NCBI GenBank assembly: GCA_023267435.1
Contig: JAHFNH010000002.1
Location: 88,706-152,705 of the forward strand
Source of the DNA: Candidatus Nomurabacteria bacterium
GTDB lineage: Bacteria > Patescibacteriota > Minisyncoccia > Phycocordibacterales > UBA9973
Direction of reading: 5' to 3'
DNA: 64,000 bases
Below, piece after piece: positions 1 to 9,646 of the stretch. The notes beneath the pieces are model-generated. The model made no database searches. It saw nothing but the letters and a program-made list of their open reading frames with translations, and was not told the origin of the DNA. The stretch's first letter is position 1. Each line of letters opens with the position of its first letter. Made by a program: the position numbers and the translations under genes.

Positions 1-22
1 GTAAAATTTCATCAATAAATTT

Positions 23-57
23 AAAAGACCGATATTAATATTAATATCGGTCTTTTT
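23..57. terminator. Bidirectional intrinsic terminator
   Basis: Palindrome aaaagaccgatattaat/attaatatcggtctttt with A and T tracts, directly after the stop of ORF 58..498. Confidence 0.75.
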
Positions 58-498
58 TTATTTCCTTCCAATTTGATAAATCAGTTTACCAAAAGTGCCA
101 AAAGTAAATCTGGCATCTAGGGCAATAAATTCAGAATGTTCATTGTATATAACATTTATCAATTCAAAACTCCCATGTATATAAGGAGATTCTTCACTGA
201 AAATATTTTTTGCCCTGATAAACTTATCAGTCGGTTCTACAATTCTTGCATTTAATATTTCATGATTAATAAATGTATGAGTCCCCTGTGTTCCCTTAGT
301 AGGACGTTCAAACCATAAAGACAAAACAGTATTTGTAACTTTGAGAAAGAAGAGGTAATCAATAGCGTCATAATATAGCTTGTTTGGAACTAAACAAAAT
401 TCTATACTAGTTTGCTTTTTTGTAAAATCATCATGAATACTGTACACAAGTAAGGAATATTCAGAGTTTTCTGATAGTTTTAGAATTTTTGTTTCCAT
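58..498 (-). CDS. Hypothetical protein (orphan)
   Basis: 146-aa ORF with its own TTGACT-17-TAGTTT promoter and downstream terminator. Confidence 0.7.
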   Translation of the reverse strand: METKILKLSENSEYSLLVYSIHDDFTKKQTSIEFCLVPNKLYYDAIDYLFFLKVTNTVLSLWFERPTKGTQGTHTFINHEILNARIVEPTDKFIRAKNIFSEESPYIHGSFELINVIYNEHSEFIALDARFTFGTFGKLIYQIGRK

Positions 499-542
499 TT
501 TATAGAGCTAAAATTGTTTAAGGACTACGTTTATTTACTTTA

Positions 543-588
543 AAACTACCAAGAAATCATTTACAAGTCAATATATTTGTGATATTGT
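543..588. promoter_or_regulatory. Overlapping divergent sigma70 promoters
   Basis: Minus: TTGACT-17-TAGTTT; plus: TTTACA-17-TATTGT with TG extension. Confidence 0.6.
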
Positions 589-633
589 GTATTTGAAAAA
601 ATAATTGTTTTTAAACATAAAAAGGAGGTAAAT

Positions 634-984
634 ATGCTAATAAAACTTATAAGTTCACATATGGGTGGACATACAGTAATTGAATTTCAATCTGAAAAAA
701 ATATCTACAGAATGGGAACATTTTGTTCTCAAATTCCGGGCCAGATAAATTCAAATGATTTTTTTGAAATTCCCGATGAGTTTATGAAAAAGGAATTGGG
801 TCTTACTGAAAATCAGAATCCGTTAAAATGGTATACGGATGAGGATAAAAAAGCTAAAAACAATGCATCTGAAAGCAACAATCTTTTTGAAAAATTTATG
901 GATGCAGTAGCTAAATTTTGTAATTATGATCGAAAAGGAGAAATGGAAAAACGGCAGAGATGGTATGAAAGTAATTTTGGATAA
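634..984 (+). CDS. Hypothetical protein
   Basis: 116-aa ORF with strong AAGGAGGT Shine-Dalgarno and terminator at 1000-1028. Confidence 0.75.
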   Translation: MLIKLISSHMGGHTVIEFQSEKNIYRMGTFCSQIPGQINSNDFFEIPDEFMKKELGLTENQNPLKWYTDEDKKAKNNASESNNLFEKFMDAVAKFCNYDRKGEMEKRQRWYESNFG

Positions 985-999
985 TTTATGCTAAAAAGT

Positions 1000-1028
1000 A
1001 GCCCCGTCTTAATGATGGGGCTTTTTTA
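1000..1028 (+). terminator. Intrinsic terminator
   Basis: agccccgtc-ttaat-gatggggct followed by T run. Confidence 0.7.
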
Positions 1029-1121
1029 TTTCCCCATTTTTCAATCTTTAATCTGACTTGCTAAATCTTCTAGTGAATAGACTATTTCTATTTCAGGACG
1101 CTGCTGGTGCTTCTATATAAT

Positions 1122-1706
1122 TCATAAAAAAGATTTAAATTTGGGCTTCACCTTTTTCCAATCTTCTTTCAATAAACCATAAACATATTCATCGTGAAGT
1201 CTTCCTGATGCTAAACTTCTCGCGACCTTTCTCATAAGTCCTTCGAGTTTATACCCCATTTTTGATTGAGTAGCATTTGAAGCTTTATTTTCTTTGAAAA
1301 CTTTTGAAGTTAATCTTATTAATCCGAGCTTATTAAACGCAAAATCATTTACAGCTATTTTCGCTTCAGTCATATAACCATTTCTCCAATATTTTTTATT
1401 TATCCAAGAGCCCGTCGTGCCAACTCCAGAAAATTTATCTATCTTATGAATTCCAATGGCTCCAATTACTTTCTTTTCAGATTTTAATTCAATAAAAAAT
1501 AAAATATTAGCTGGTTCTTTCTGTTTCCATTCTTTTATCACTTTATTTACAAATTTTTTCGCATCTTCTTTTTTATATGGGTAAGGAACTCTTAGTAACA
1601 TTTTTGCAACATCATATTCACCCACTCCTTCTAAAAGATCCTTCCAGTCACTATTTTTAGGTTTTCGTAATATTAATCTTTTTGTTTCTAATTTTATATC
1701 TAACAT
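1122..1706 (-). CDS. GNAT N-acetyltransferase, RimJ/RimL family
   Basis: LETKRLILR start, YWRNGYMTEA and ENKASNA motifs; start moved to MLDIK at 1706. Confidence 0.9.
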   Translation of the reverse strand: MLDIKLETKRLILRKPKNSDWKDLLEGVGEYDVAKMLLRVPYPYKKEDAKKFVNKVIKEWKQKEPANILFFIELKSEKKVIGAIGIHKIDKFSGVGTTGSWINKKYWRNGYMTEAKIAVNDFAFNKLGLIRLTSKVFKENKASNATQSKMGYKLEGLMRKVARSLASGRLHDEYVYGLLKEDWKKVKPKFKSFL

Positions 1707-1863
1707 AGATAAATAATACCAAATAAAATCATTTAAACAAAAAAAACACCCCACTAGAAAAACTAGGGGGCAGCGATTTAAAACTATTTAAAGGTTTTAG
1801 AAAACTAACTAAAAAAGAATTTTAGGTATTCTTAACCTTTTTTAAAAAACTAAAGACAAGAGA

Positions 1864-2097
1864 CTATCTACGTCTTCCATATTTCTTAATAACTCCAGGG
1901 GTCATAACTGTTCCACAATCTCTACCATTAATGTAAAGAGTGGCTTCTCCTGTAGATGAGTGATCTAGATCTACTTCTCCGTTTGAATCAGTCCAACCAT
2001 TTTGGGAATGACCCCAGGTGAATCCTAGGCATACTTTTGCGTTTTCGATGGGTTCATTTGTTTCCCTATCGATTAAAATAATTGTTGTCGTTGGCAT
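1864..2097 (-). CDS. Small beta-sandwich protein, carboxypeptidase-regulatory-like
   Basis: D-x-ETNEPIENAKV...TDSNGEV pattern; AGGAGG SD. Confidence 0.6.
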   Translation of the reverse strand: MPTTTIILIDRETNEPIENAKVCLGFTWGHSQNGWTDSNGEVDLDHSSTGEATLYINGRDCGTVMTPGVIKKYGRRR

Positions 2098-2109
2098 TTT
2101 TACCTCCTT

Positions 2110-2445
2110 TTATAAATCATTTAAATCATAAATATAAGCATCACAACCCTTTTCAACCTTTTTACCACAATTATTACAGGTATAAACATGTATTGGATAG
2201 GTTGGACTGAAAAATCCTCCTGTTTTTCTCATAACTGTAACTGGTTCATTGAGATTAAAATCATGACGACCATAAATCTTTTTTTGTCCATTACATGTAG
2301 GACAAGTCTCACGCCATGATGGGCGTTGATACTCTTTAAAACCATTAAAACATAAATTGAGTTTATGTTCTCCTTCTGATTCATAAACCGTAACTTTACC
2401 TTCACCTTTACAACGGCTACAGGTTACTTTTTTACTGCAGGACAT
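2110..2445 (-). CDS. Zinc-finger protein with DnaJ-type CxxCxGxG motifs
   Basis: CSRCKGEG, CPTCNGQK, CNNCG; AGGAGG SD. Confidence 0.7.
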   Translation of the reverse strand: MSCSKKVTCSRCKGEGKVTVYESEGEHKLNLCFNGFKEYQRPSWRETCPTCNGQKKIYGRHDFNLNEPVTVMRKTGGFFSPTYPIHVYTCNNCGKKVEKGCDAYIYDLNDL

Positions 2446-2468
2446 TTTGACCTCCTTTTTTAGTTAAT

Positions 2469-2522
2469 TATTAAAGAACTTATTTACACTAATATAGTAT
2501 AACTATTAGTTAAAAATGTCAA
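2469..2522 (-). promoter_or_regulatory. Sigma70 promoter plus boxA-like leader
   Basis: TTGACA(2522-2517)-17-TACTAT(2499-2494), then AGTTCTTTAATA. Confidence 0.65.
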
Positions 2523-2586
2523 TAAAAAGTTCGATTCCTTTATCGGGTATTAAAAATAAACATTATAAAATATAGTTCAAAATCTG

Positions 2587-2657
2587 CGGGCGATGAGAGA
2601 ATCGAACTCCCACCAAAGGTTTTGGAGACCTTCGTTCTACCATTAAACTAATCGCCC
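2587..2657 (-). tRNA. tRNA-Trp(CCA)
   Basis: GGGCGAT/ATCGCCC acceptor, AAGGT-CTCCAAA-ACCTT anticodon arm, TTCGATT T-loop. Confidence 0.95.
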
Positions 2658-2822
2658 ACACTCCGCATACGCGGAGGTGCGAGAATGTGGAAAATAATAA
2701 TACTTAACGCATTCCCTAGAGTGTCACCCCTTGCGGGTGGACTCATTGGAAAGAACAAACAGCAATAAATTGCTGTTTGTGAATTATAGCAATAAATACT
2801 GAAAAAACAAAAAAACTGGATA

Positions 2823-2987
2823 TTATCCAGTCATTTTTGCTTCTTTGTGTTTAGTCTTCTTTCTGCAAGTTTTACAGAACTTTAAAAGCTCAATCTTTTT
2901 AGGAACGAGTTTTTTGTTCTTACTAGTATAGTAATTAGCATTTTTACAAACGCTGCATTTTAATCTAAAAAGTCTATCTTGGGACAT
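2823..2987 (-). CDS. rpmG: 50S ribosomal protein L33 (absent from ORF track)
   Basis: Manual translation MSQDRLFRLKCSVCKNANYYTSKNKK...IELLKFCKTCRKKTKHKE, two CxxC, 54 aa. Confidence 0.92.
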   Translation of the reverse strand: MSQDRLFRLKCSVCKNANYYTSKNKKLVPKKIELLKFCKTCRKKTKHKEAKMTG

Positions 2988-3041
2988 GGTTCTAGGATAA
3001 TATAAAACGCTTAAAAAAGCAACCTTAATAAAGGTTTTACC

Positions 3042-4178
3042 TTAAATTACAACTCTAGGCAAAAGCGGACTGATACGAGTGGTAATTTCATAGTTAATTG
3101 TATCGATATGAGAGGCCATTTCTTCAACTGATATTTTCTCCTTTCCTTGTGCTCCAATAATCACAACCTCATCTTCAGCCCTAACATTTGATAAATGACT
3201 CACATCTACTACAAGCATATTCATCATAACTCTGCCCAATATTTTACAGCGCGTTCCGCCAATTAACACAAAACCTTTATTGGAAAAACCTCGATCAAAA
3301 CCATCAGCATAACCTTGCGGTATCACTGCTATTTTTGTCACTGAATAAGTCATGAAGGTCAATCCATAACCGATAGTGTACCCTTCTGGTAAAATTTTTA
3401 CTTGAGCTATCTTTGTCTTCCAAGAAAGAACTGGTTTTAGTTCAATTTTATTTTTATATAAATATTCAATTTGAGTAGAAGGCCACAATCCATAAGCACC
3501 GACACCAAGCCGAACAATAGAATTTATGCCTTGATTTTTCTCATAAACCAAAAGCCCTGAAGTTGCCGAAATATGAGTATCTAATTTTTTAAAGCCAAAT
3601 TTTTGCGCAAGTTTCAAAGCCTCTTCGTATCTTTTAATTTGTTTTTTTGCGTGAGTAAAATTATTTGTATCTTCAATATTTGCAAAGTGTGCATACATGC
3701 CGGTAAGTTTTATAAATCTGGATTTCTTAATCTCTGTAAAAATTTCTCCAAGATCTTCTTTTAAGAATCCTTCTCTTCCCAAATATGCATCCACTGAAAT
3801 ATGAACCTCTTGTTTGATTTTATTTTCACCAGCAACCTTTTCTAAATTTCGCAATTGTTCGATTGAAAAAATAGACAAAATGCAACCCAGTTTTATCGTT
3901 TCTAATAAATCAGTCTTCTGTATATACCCAAAAACAAAAGTTTTTTTATTAGTGACCTTTCGCAGTAATTTTAATTCTTCAATACTATCAACCTGTAAAT
4001 AATCGACATACGGCTCGATAATCTTTGCAACTTGATTTTGCCCATGCCCATAAGCGTTGCCTTTAATAGCCACAGACATTTTAATGCCTTTCTTTGCCAC
4101 ACTTTTTAATTGCTTAATATTATGAATTAAATTTTCTTTAGATAATTCAATATAAGCAAGAGGTAAATTTTTGACCAT
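3042..4178 (-). CDS. alr: Alanine racemase
   Basis: AIKGNAYGHG PLP-lysine motif, GYADG, GRVMMN, TINYE. Confidence 0.95.
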   Translation of the reverse strand: MVKNLPLAYIELSKENLIHNIKQLKSVAKKGIKMSVAIKGNAYGHGQNQVAKIIEPYVDYLQVDSIEELKLLRKVTNKKTFVFGYIQKTDLLETIKLGCILSIFSIEQLRNLEKVAGENKIKQEVHISVDAYLGREGFLKEDLGEIFTEIKKSRFIKLTGMYAHFANIEDTNNFTHAKKQIKRYEEALKLAQKFGFKKLDTHISATSGLLVYEKNQGINSIVRLGVGAYGLWPSTQIEYLYKNKIELKPVLSWKTKIAQVKILPEGYTIGYGLTFMTYSVTKIAVIPQGYADGFDRGFSNKGFVLIGGTRCKILGRVMMNMLVVDVSHLSNVRAEDEVVIIGAQGKEKISVEEMASHIDTINYEITTRISPLLPRVVI

Positions 4179-5278
4179 TAGAGCAATTTGACAATATCGT
4201 GATAAGTAACGAGAAGCATTAGAATAATCAAAATAGCAAAACCAATCATGTTTACAGTATTAGCGACATTAGGATTGATACGTGAACCTTTAATTTTTTC
4301 AATCAAAAGAAAGAATAGACGTCCGCCGTCGAGTGCTGGAAATGGTATCAAATTTATCACTGCAAGATTTACGGAAATAAGAGCAGCAAAAGAAAGGAGG
4401 TATGCGAAGCCAAATTTATAAGCATCTCCTACGACACCCACCATGCCGACAGGTCCAGTGACTTCAGAAAAGCTACCTTTACCGTGTATACCCTGCGCTA
4501 TAAGCGTATAAAGCCCTACAACAGTACCTTTAGTAACAGACCAGTCCATCTTTAATCCCTCCCAAATAGCCAAGAAAAATGGCAATTTAGCCATTCCGAT
4601 CTGATCCATGGCGATACCAATACTAGGGTTACTACTAGTGGTATTCACAACTGGAATTATTTTAGTATTGTTTAATTCTTCTGTTTTACCGCGTAAATAA
4701 CCAACTTCAATTTCTTTACCTCCATGCGAAACAACAAAAGATTTTAATGAATCTGGATTTACATCTGAAACTACATCATTGCCACTTTTTACAGATATTA
4801 TTTTATCGCCAGATTTAAGTCCTGCCATCTCAGCTGGAGATTTTGCAAGAACAGATACTACAACTAAATGTACATTTTCCAATGCATAGTCTTTTGATTC
4901 CGTACCGACTGAAGTAGGAAGTCCAGACATAAATCCAAAAGAAAACAAAAGCCAAGCGAGTACGAAGTTCGCAAAAACTCCAGCAAAAAGAACAACTGCC
5001 TGCATGTATTTTGGTTTATTCACAAAACTTCGTGCACTATCAGCGCCAGTAGTATTTTCCTCATCTGGATTCTCTCCAAAAATTTTAACAAAACCTCCGA
5101 AAGGTATTGCGTTAAAAGTATATTCTGTCTCCCCTTTTTTAACGCCAAAAAGTTTTGGCGGAAAACCGAAACCAAATTCATCAACTCTGATGCCGAATTT
5201 CTTCGCACTGAAAAAATGTCCGAATTCATGAACCAAAACCACCACAAGTAAAATTATTATAAATATAATAGCGTTCAT
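4178..5278 (-). CDS. rseP: RIP metalloprotease RseP (M50, PDZ)
   Basis: HEFGH, PFGGFV, NLIPFPALDGG. Confidence 0.93.
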   Translation of the reverse strand: MNAIIFIIILLVVVLVHEFGHFFSAKKFGIRVDEFGFGFPPKLFGVKKGETEYTFNAIPFGGFVKIFGENPDEENTTGADSARSFVNKPKYMQAVVLFAGVFANFVLAWLLFSFGFMSGLPTSVGTESKDYALENVHLVVVSVLAKSPAEMAGLKSGDKIISVKSGNDVVSDVNPDSLKSFVVSHGGKEIEVGYLRGKTEELNNTKIIPVVNTTSSNPSIGIAMDQIGMAKLPFFLAIWEGLKMDWSVTKGTVVGLYTLIAQGIHGKGSFSEVTGPVGMVGVVGDAYKFGFAYLLSFAALISVNLAVINLIPFPALDGGRLFFLLIEKIKGSRINPNVANTVNMIGFAILIILMLLVTYHDIVKLL

Positions 5279-5283
5279 TAGAA

Positions 5284-5835
5284 TTATCCTAGAACTTCTA
5301 TTTCTTTCTTTTCAAAAATAGATTCTAGATTATTATTAACCTCATCTACTAATTTTTGGATTTCTTCTTTGGCATTAAATTTTTCATCTTCAGTCATTTT
5401 GCCTTCTTTTTCTTGAGATTGAACATCGTTCCAAACATTTTCGCGTTCTTTGCGGACTGTGATTCTAGCTTCTTCCATTTTTGTTTTTAAAACTTTTACT
5501 AAAGTTTGTCTTGTTTCAGTTGTTAATTGAGGAAAAATAACACGAATACCCATGTCATCGGTCGCGACAGATAAACCTAAATTTGCAGCGTTAATAGATT
5601 TTTCAATGCCTTTAATCTGACTTTTATCCCAAGGCACAATACGTAAAGTTTTAGGATCTTCTATAGAAACTGAAGCCACATTTTTGATAGGCTGATATGC
5701 GCCGTATACTTCGATAGAAACTCCATCAAGCACCATCGGTGACGCACGGCCAGTAGATAGCTGACTATATTCTTTACTCAAAAACTCCCCTGCTTTTTTT
5801 AATTCTATTTTAAAATTTGAAAAATTGTATTGCAT
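5284..5835 (-). CDS. frr: Ribosome recycling factor
   Basis: TGRASP, IVPWDK, PQLTTETR. Confidence 0.95.
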   Translation of the reverse strand: MQYNFSNFKIELKKAGEFLSKEYSQLSTGRASPMVLDGVSIEVYGAYQPIKNVASVSIEDPKTLRIVPWDKSQIKGIEKSINAANLGLSVATDDMGIRVIFPQLTTETRQTLVKVLKTKMEEARITVRKERENVWNDVQSQEKEGKMTEDEKFNAKEEIQKLVDEVNNNLESIFEKKEIEVLG

Positions 5836-5856
5836 ATTTTGATAGTATATCAGAAA

Positions 5857-6603
5857 TTATAAATTTGGCACAACGATAGCCACTGATTCCATGAGAGATT
5901 TTACGGACGAACCAGGTTGACGCAAAAATTCTCGAACCTTAAAGAAATGCTTAAAAAAGCTAGTATCAATATCTGTCTTTTTTGAAAGAATTTTTCTGTG
6001 CAATGCCACTTCTAGTGCATTTAAGAATTTAGAAGCTCTTATGCGTGGAGATTCAAAATCTCCCTCTCCTTGATAAGGAGAGGGTTGGGGTGAGGTAGAT
6101 TCCTCATCTTCATCTTTTTCAGTTTTAGCAAATATTTTTAAAAATTCTATTCGATCAGCCAACTTCATACTAATAAATTTCTCAGCTTCTTTTATTGCAT
6201 CTTTCATTTCTGGCTTGGTAGAAATAAAATAAAACCTAGAAATAACAGTTTTTAACAATGCTGCCGTATCGGGCATGATTAAGAAAAAATGAGTATCAAG
6301 AGTGGGTTCTTCAAACATTTTCAAAAGAACTCCTTGAGCATCCAAAGTAAATTGATTAGCAGATATAACAAATACTTTTTTACCAGTGGAAAAACTTTTC
6401 TCAGTTCCAAAGGCTCTTAAATTTAAAGCATCATCTATTTTTAAATTATCATATGCAATATCGTAAAAATCAGGATTAGCGGATGTTTTTATATTTATTT
6501 CTTCAAGAAAAGAAATTATTTCCGGTAATATTTCATTACGTGATCCTTCTATCAGATATGCGTGATGTAGGTTGTCTTTATCTAAATGCTCTAAAATATT
6601 CAT
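5857..6603 (-). CDS. holB: DNA polymerase III delta-prime-like subunit
   Basis: LHHAYLIEG, AQGVLLKMFEEP, LLKTVISR. Confidence 0.75.
   Translation of the reverse strand: MNILEHLDKDNLHHAYLIEGSRNEILPEIISFLEEINIKTSANPDFYDIAYDNLKIDDALNLRAFGTEKSFSTGKKVFVISANQFTLDAQGVLLKMFEEPTLDTHFFLIMPDTAALLKTVISRFYFISTKPEMKDAIKEAEKFISMKLADRIEFLKIFAKTEKDEDEESTSPQPSPYQGEGDFESPRIRASKFLNALEVALHRKILSKKTDIDTSFFKHFFKVREFLRQPGSSVKSLMESVAIVVPNL
6062..6096. repeat. GC-rich palindromic element in frame in holB (TSPQPSPYQGEG)
   Basis: ccctctcctt-gat-aaggagaggg hairpin plus ttggggtgaggt tail. Confidence 0.7.
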
Positions 6604-6611
6604 ATGAGCGA

Positions 6612-7625
6612 TTATTTTTTACTTAAAACAGTTTTTTTGTATACGTCTAAATGTTCTAGTGCTATACCTGTGCCTTTTACAACACAAAAAAGAGAATCTT
6701 CTGCGAGAACTGCTTTTACGCCAGTCTTTCTGTAAACCAAATCAGTAAAACAACGCAACTGAGAAGAACCTCCAGTCATAACAATGCCGTGATCAATAAT
6801 ATCAGAAGCGAGCTCTGGAGGAGTTTCTTGCAGGACATCTTTTATAGCTTTAATAACTTGTTTTAATTCACTGTCTATCGCTTTCACTATTTCATTGGTT
6901 CCGACTTGAGCAGAACGAGGCAAGCCTTGAATAAAATCTCTTCCTTTGATGGTGACACGGAGTTCTTCTTCGAGAGCAACAGCCGCACCGATTTTTATTT
7001 TTACTTCTTCAGCAGTTTTATCACCGATAGCTAGATTGAAAGTTTTTTTAATATAATCTGCGATAGCCTGGTCGATTTTATTTCCGGCGCATTTCACGGA
7101 AGTCGAGGCCACTATTCCTCCTAGAGATATAACTGCGACATCCGTCGTGCCTCCGCCAATATCGACAACCATGTGACCCTTTGATTCGTAAATAGGAATT
7201 CCTGCACCGATAGCTGCAAGAATTGGCTCCTTCACCACGTATGCATTTTTTGCACCGGCGCGAATTGCAGCCTCGACGACTGCTCTGCGTTCTGTTGAAG
7301 TCACGCCGGCTGGAACTGAAACCATCACATCTGGTTTAAATAAATTAAATTTACCCATCGCTTTATTTATGAAATATCGAAGCATTGCTTCAGTCACGCG
7401 GTAGTCTGCTATCACTCCGTCTTTCATCGGGCGATAAGCAATAATAGAATCTGGAGTTTTGCCGATCATATCTTTCGCTTCAAAACCGATAGCTAGGATT
7501 TTATTATCTTGTTCTGAAACAGCCACCACGGAAGGCTCGTTTAAAACGATACCTTTACCAGGCACGAAAACCAATGTATTAGCGGTTCCAAGATCTATTC
7601 CTATTTTCTTTGAAAACATTCCCAT
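6612..7625 (-). CDS. mreB: Rod shape-determining protein MreB
   Basis: GIDLGTANT, VDIGGGTTD, TGGSS. Confidence 0.96.
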   Translation of the reverse strand: MGMFSKKIGIDLGTANTLVFVPGKGIVLNEPSVVAVSEQDNKILAIGFEAKDMIGKTPDSIIAYRPMKDGVIADYRVTEAMLRYFINKAMGKFNLFKPDVMVSVPAGVTSTERRAVVEAAIRAGAKNAYVVKEPILAAIGAGIPIYESKGHMVVDIGGGTTDVAVISLGGIVASTSVKCAGNKIDQAIADYIKKTFNLAIGDKTAEEVKIKIGAAVALEEELRVTIKGRDFIQGLPRSAQVGTNEIVKAIDSELKQVIKAIKDVLQETPPELASDIIDHGIVMTGGSSQLRCFTDLVYRKTGVKAVLAEDSLFCVVKGTGIALEHLDVYKKTVLSKK

Positions 7626-7663
7626 AGGGCTAAATATAGCATAAGTTATGTTAGAATAAAACT

Positions 7664-9592
7664 ATGAAAATAGTGACGGTAATTCCACTTAAAAAAGGAG
7701 CTTTTAAGGAAAATCTGACCTATTTCACCTCGAAAGATATACCTGATGGAAGTATTGTGACTGTGCCTATGCGCAACAGTCAAATTCTTGGTTTAGCTGT
7801 CTCTTCTGAAGAAGCAACAGACACCAAGTCCGACATAAAAAATCTTAAATTTAATTTAAAAAAAATAACTGAAGTAAAAGAGAATTCTATTTTCTTAAAA
7901 GAATATATCGAGTCCACTCTCGAAATAAGCAAATATTTTAGTTCAAAGAAAAATGATGCGATCGTATCTCTTATACCAGCAATATTACGCGAAGAGTATG
8001 ACAAGATATCTAAATATAAAAATGAAACAGAAAATGTAAAAGAAGTAGAAAATAATTCTGTAAAATTAAAAAAAGAAAAATTACTTTTTCAATTTCCATT
8101 CGCCGACCGTATTAATTTTTATAAAACTTTAATTCGCGGATCCTTCGCTGAAAAAAAATCTGTCTTCATTGTATTACCGACTGAAATAGATATAGAAAGT
8201 TTTTCCAATGCACTTTGCAAAGGCATAGAAAATTTTACTTTCATTATGCACGGAGGATTGAGTTCAAAAAAAGTATTGAAAAATTTCGAAGAAATCATTA
8301 CATCCACACACCCTGTACTCATATTTGGTACTGCACCATTTCTTTCAATTCCCCGCCGAGATTTCGGGACGATTATCGTAGAACACGAAAGTTCTAATGC
8401 TTACAGAATGATCAGCCGGCCATATTTCGACTTACGTTCCTTTGCAGAGCTTTATGCTTCAAAAATAGGCGCAAAACTAATACTAGGAGATTCATTGCTC
8501 CGTTTTGAAACAATAGCTCGAAAAGAAATAGATAATTTTTCAGAAGTTCATCCATTATCTTTTAGAATAAATTTCGAGGGAGAAATAAAGATTCCTAAAA
8601 AAGAAGATAAATTTAAAATACTATCTGATGACAGTATCGAAGAAATAAAAAATAAAATTTCAAAAAAAGAAAACGTATTTATTTTCTCACTTCGAAAAGG
8701 CCTAGCATCTGAAACACTCTGTCAGGATTGTAACAATCCTGTCATGTGTGAAAAATGTTCTGTGCCTGTCGTTCTGTATTTATCTAGAGATAGTAAAAAA
8801 AGAATGTTTGCCTGCAATAGATGCAATACTGAAAAAGACCCTGAAACCAGATGCCTGCACTGTAATAGCTGGAATTTAATGCCACTCGGCATAGGTACAG
8901 ATACAGTCTACGAAGAAGCAAAAAAACTTTTCCCTAAAACTAAAATTTTCCAACTCGACAAAGAATCTGCCAAGACTGCTAAAGGTGCAGAAAAAATCAT
9001 GAAAGAATTTGAAGAAAATTCCGGATCAATCCTCGTCGGGACTGAAATGGCACTTTTATATATGAAAGAACCAGTAGCTCTGTCAGTTATCGCTTCCTTT
9101 GATTCTCTTTGGAGCGTACCGAGTTTTAAAATGAATGAGAAAATTATTCAGCTCATTGTATCGATAATTTCTAAGACAAAAGAGGAACTAATCATCCAAA
9201 CTAAAAATGAACAAGACCCTGCTATTCATGCAATTAAGACTGAAAATGTTTTAGCTTTTGTGCGCGAAGAGCTAGAGGACAGAAAAAACCTTGGCTATCC
9301 GCCATTTAAAAGATTTATCAAAATAACACACATGGGTAGTAAAGAAGAATCAGATCATACTAAAAAAGCATTAGCGGATGTCTTTAAAGACTACGACCCA
9401 GATATTTTCGGTGGTTTTATAAATAAAATAAAAGACAAGTATGTCACCAATATGCTTGTAAAACTAGACCCTAAAAAATGGTCTCTATCTGAACTATCAT
9501 CAAATTCTGAAATAGATGAAAAACTCCTCTCAAAACTCCTCTCTCTCCCGCACGAATTTTCAGTAACCGTTGATCCAGAAAATTTGTTGTAA
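7664..9592 (+). CDS. priA: Primosomal protein N' (PriA), degenerate helicase motifs
   Basis: N-terminal LTY...VPMRN domain, four CxxC zinc motifs, GIGT, ILVGTE, GYPPF. Confidence 0.85.
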   Translation: MKIVTVIPLKKGAFKENLTYFTSKDIPDGSIVTVPMRNSQILGLAVSSEEATDTKSDIKNLKFNLKKITEVKENSIFLKEYIESTLEISKYFSSKKNDAIVSLIPAILREEYDKISKYKNETENVKEVENNSVKLKKEKLLFQFPFADRINFYKTLIRGSFAEKKSVFIVLPTEIDIESFSNALCKGIENFTFIMHGGLSSKKVLKNFEEIITSTHPVLIFGTAPFLSIPRRDFGTIIVEHESSNAYRMISRPYFDLRSFAELYASKIGAKLILGDSLLRFETIARKEIDNFSEVHPLSFRINFEGEIKIPKKEDKFKILSDDSIEEIKNKISKKENVFIFSLRKGLASETLCQDCNNPVMCEKCSVPVVLYLSRDSKKRMFACNRCNTEKDPETRCLHCNSWNLMPLGIGTDTVYEEAKKLFPKTKIFQLDKESAKTAKGAEKIMKEFEENSGSILVGTEMALLYMKEPVALSVIASFDSLWSVPSFKMNEKIIQLIVSIISKTKEELIIQTKNEQDPAIHAIKTENVLAFVREELEDRKNLGYPPFKRFIKITHMGSKEESDHTKKALADVFKDYDPDIFGGFINKIKDKYVTNMLVKLDPKKWSLSELSSNSEIDEKLLSKLLSLPHEFSVTVDPENLL

Positions 9593-9646
9593 ATAAAAAA
9601 AACAAGGGATTTAAATTCCTTGTTTTTAATTCTGTTTATTAATAAC

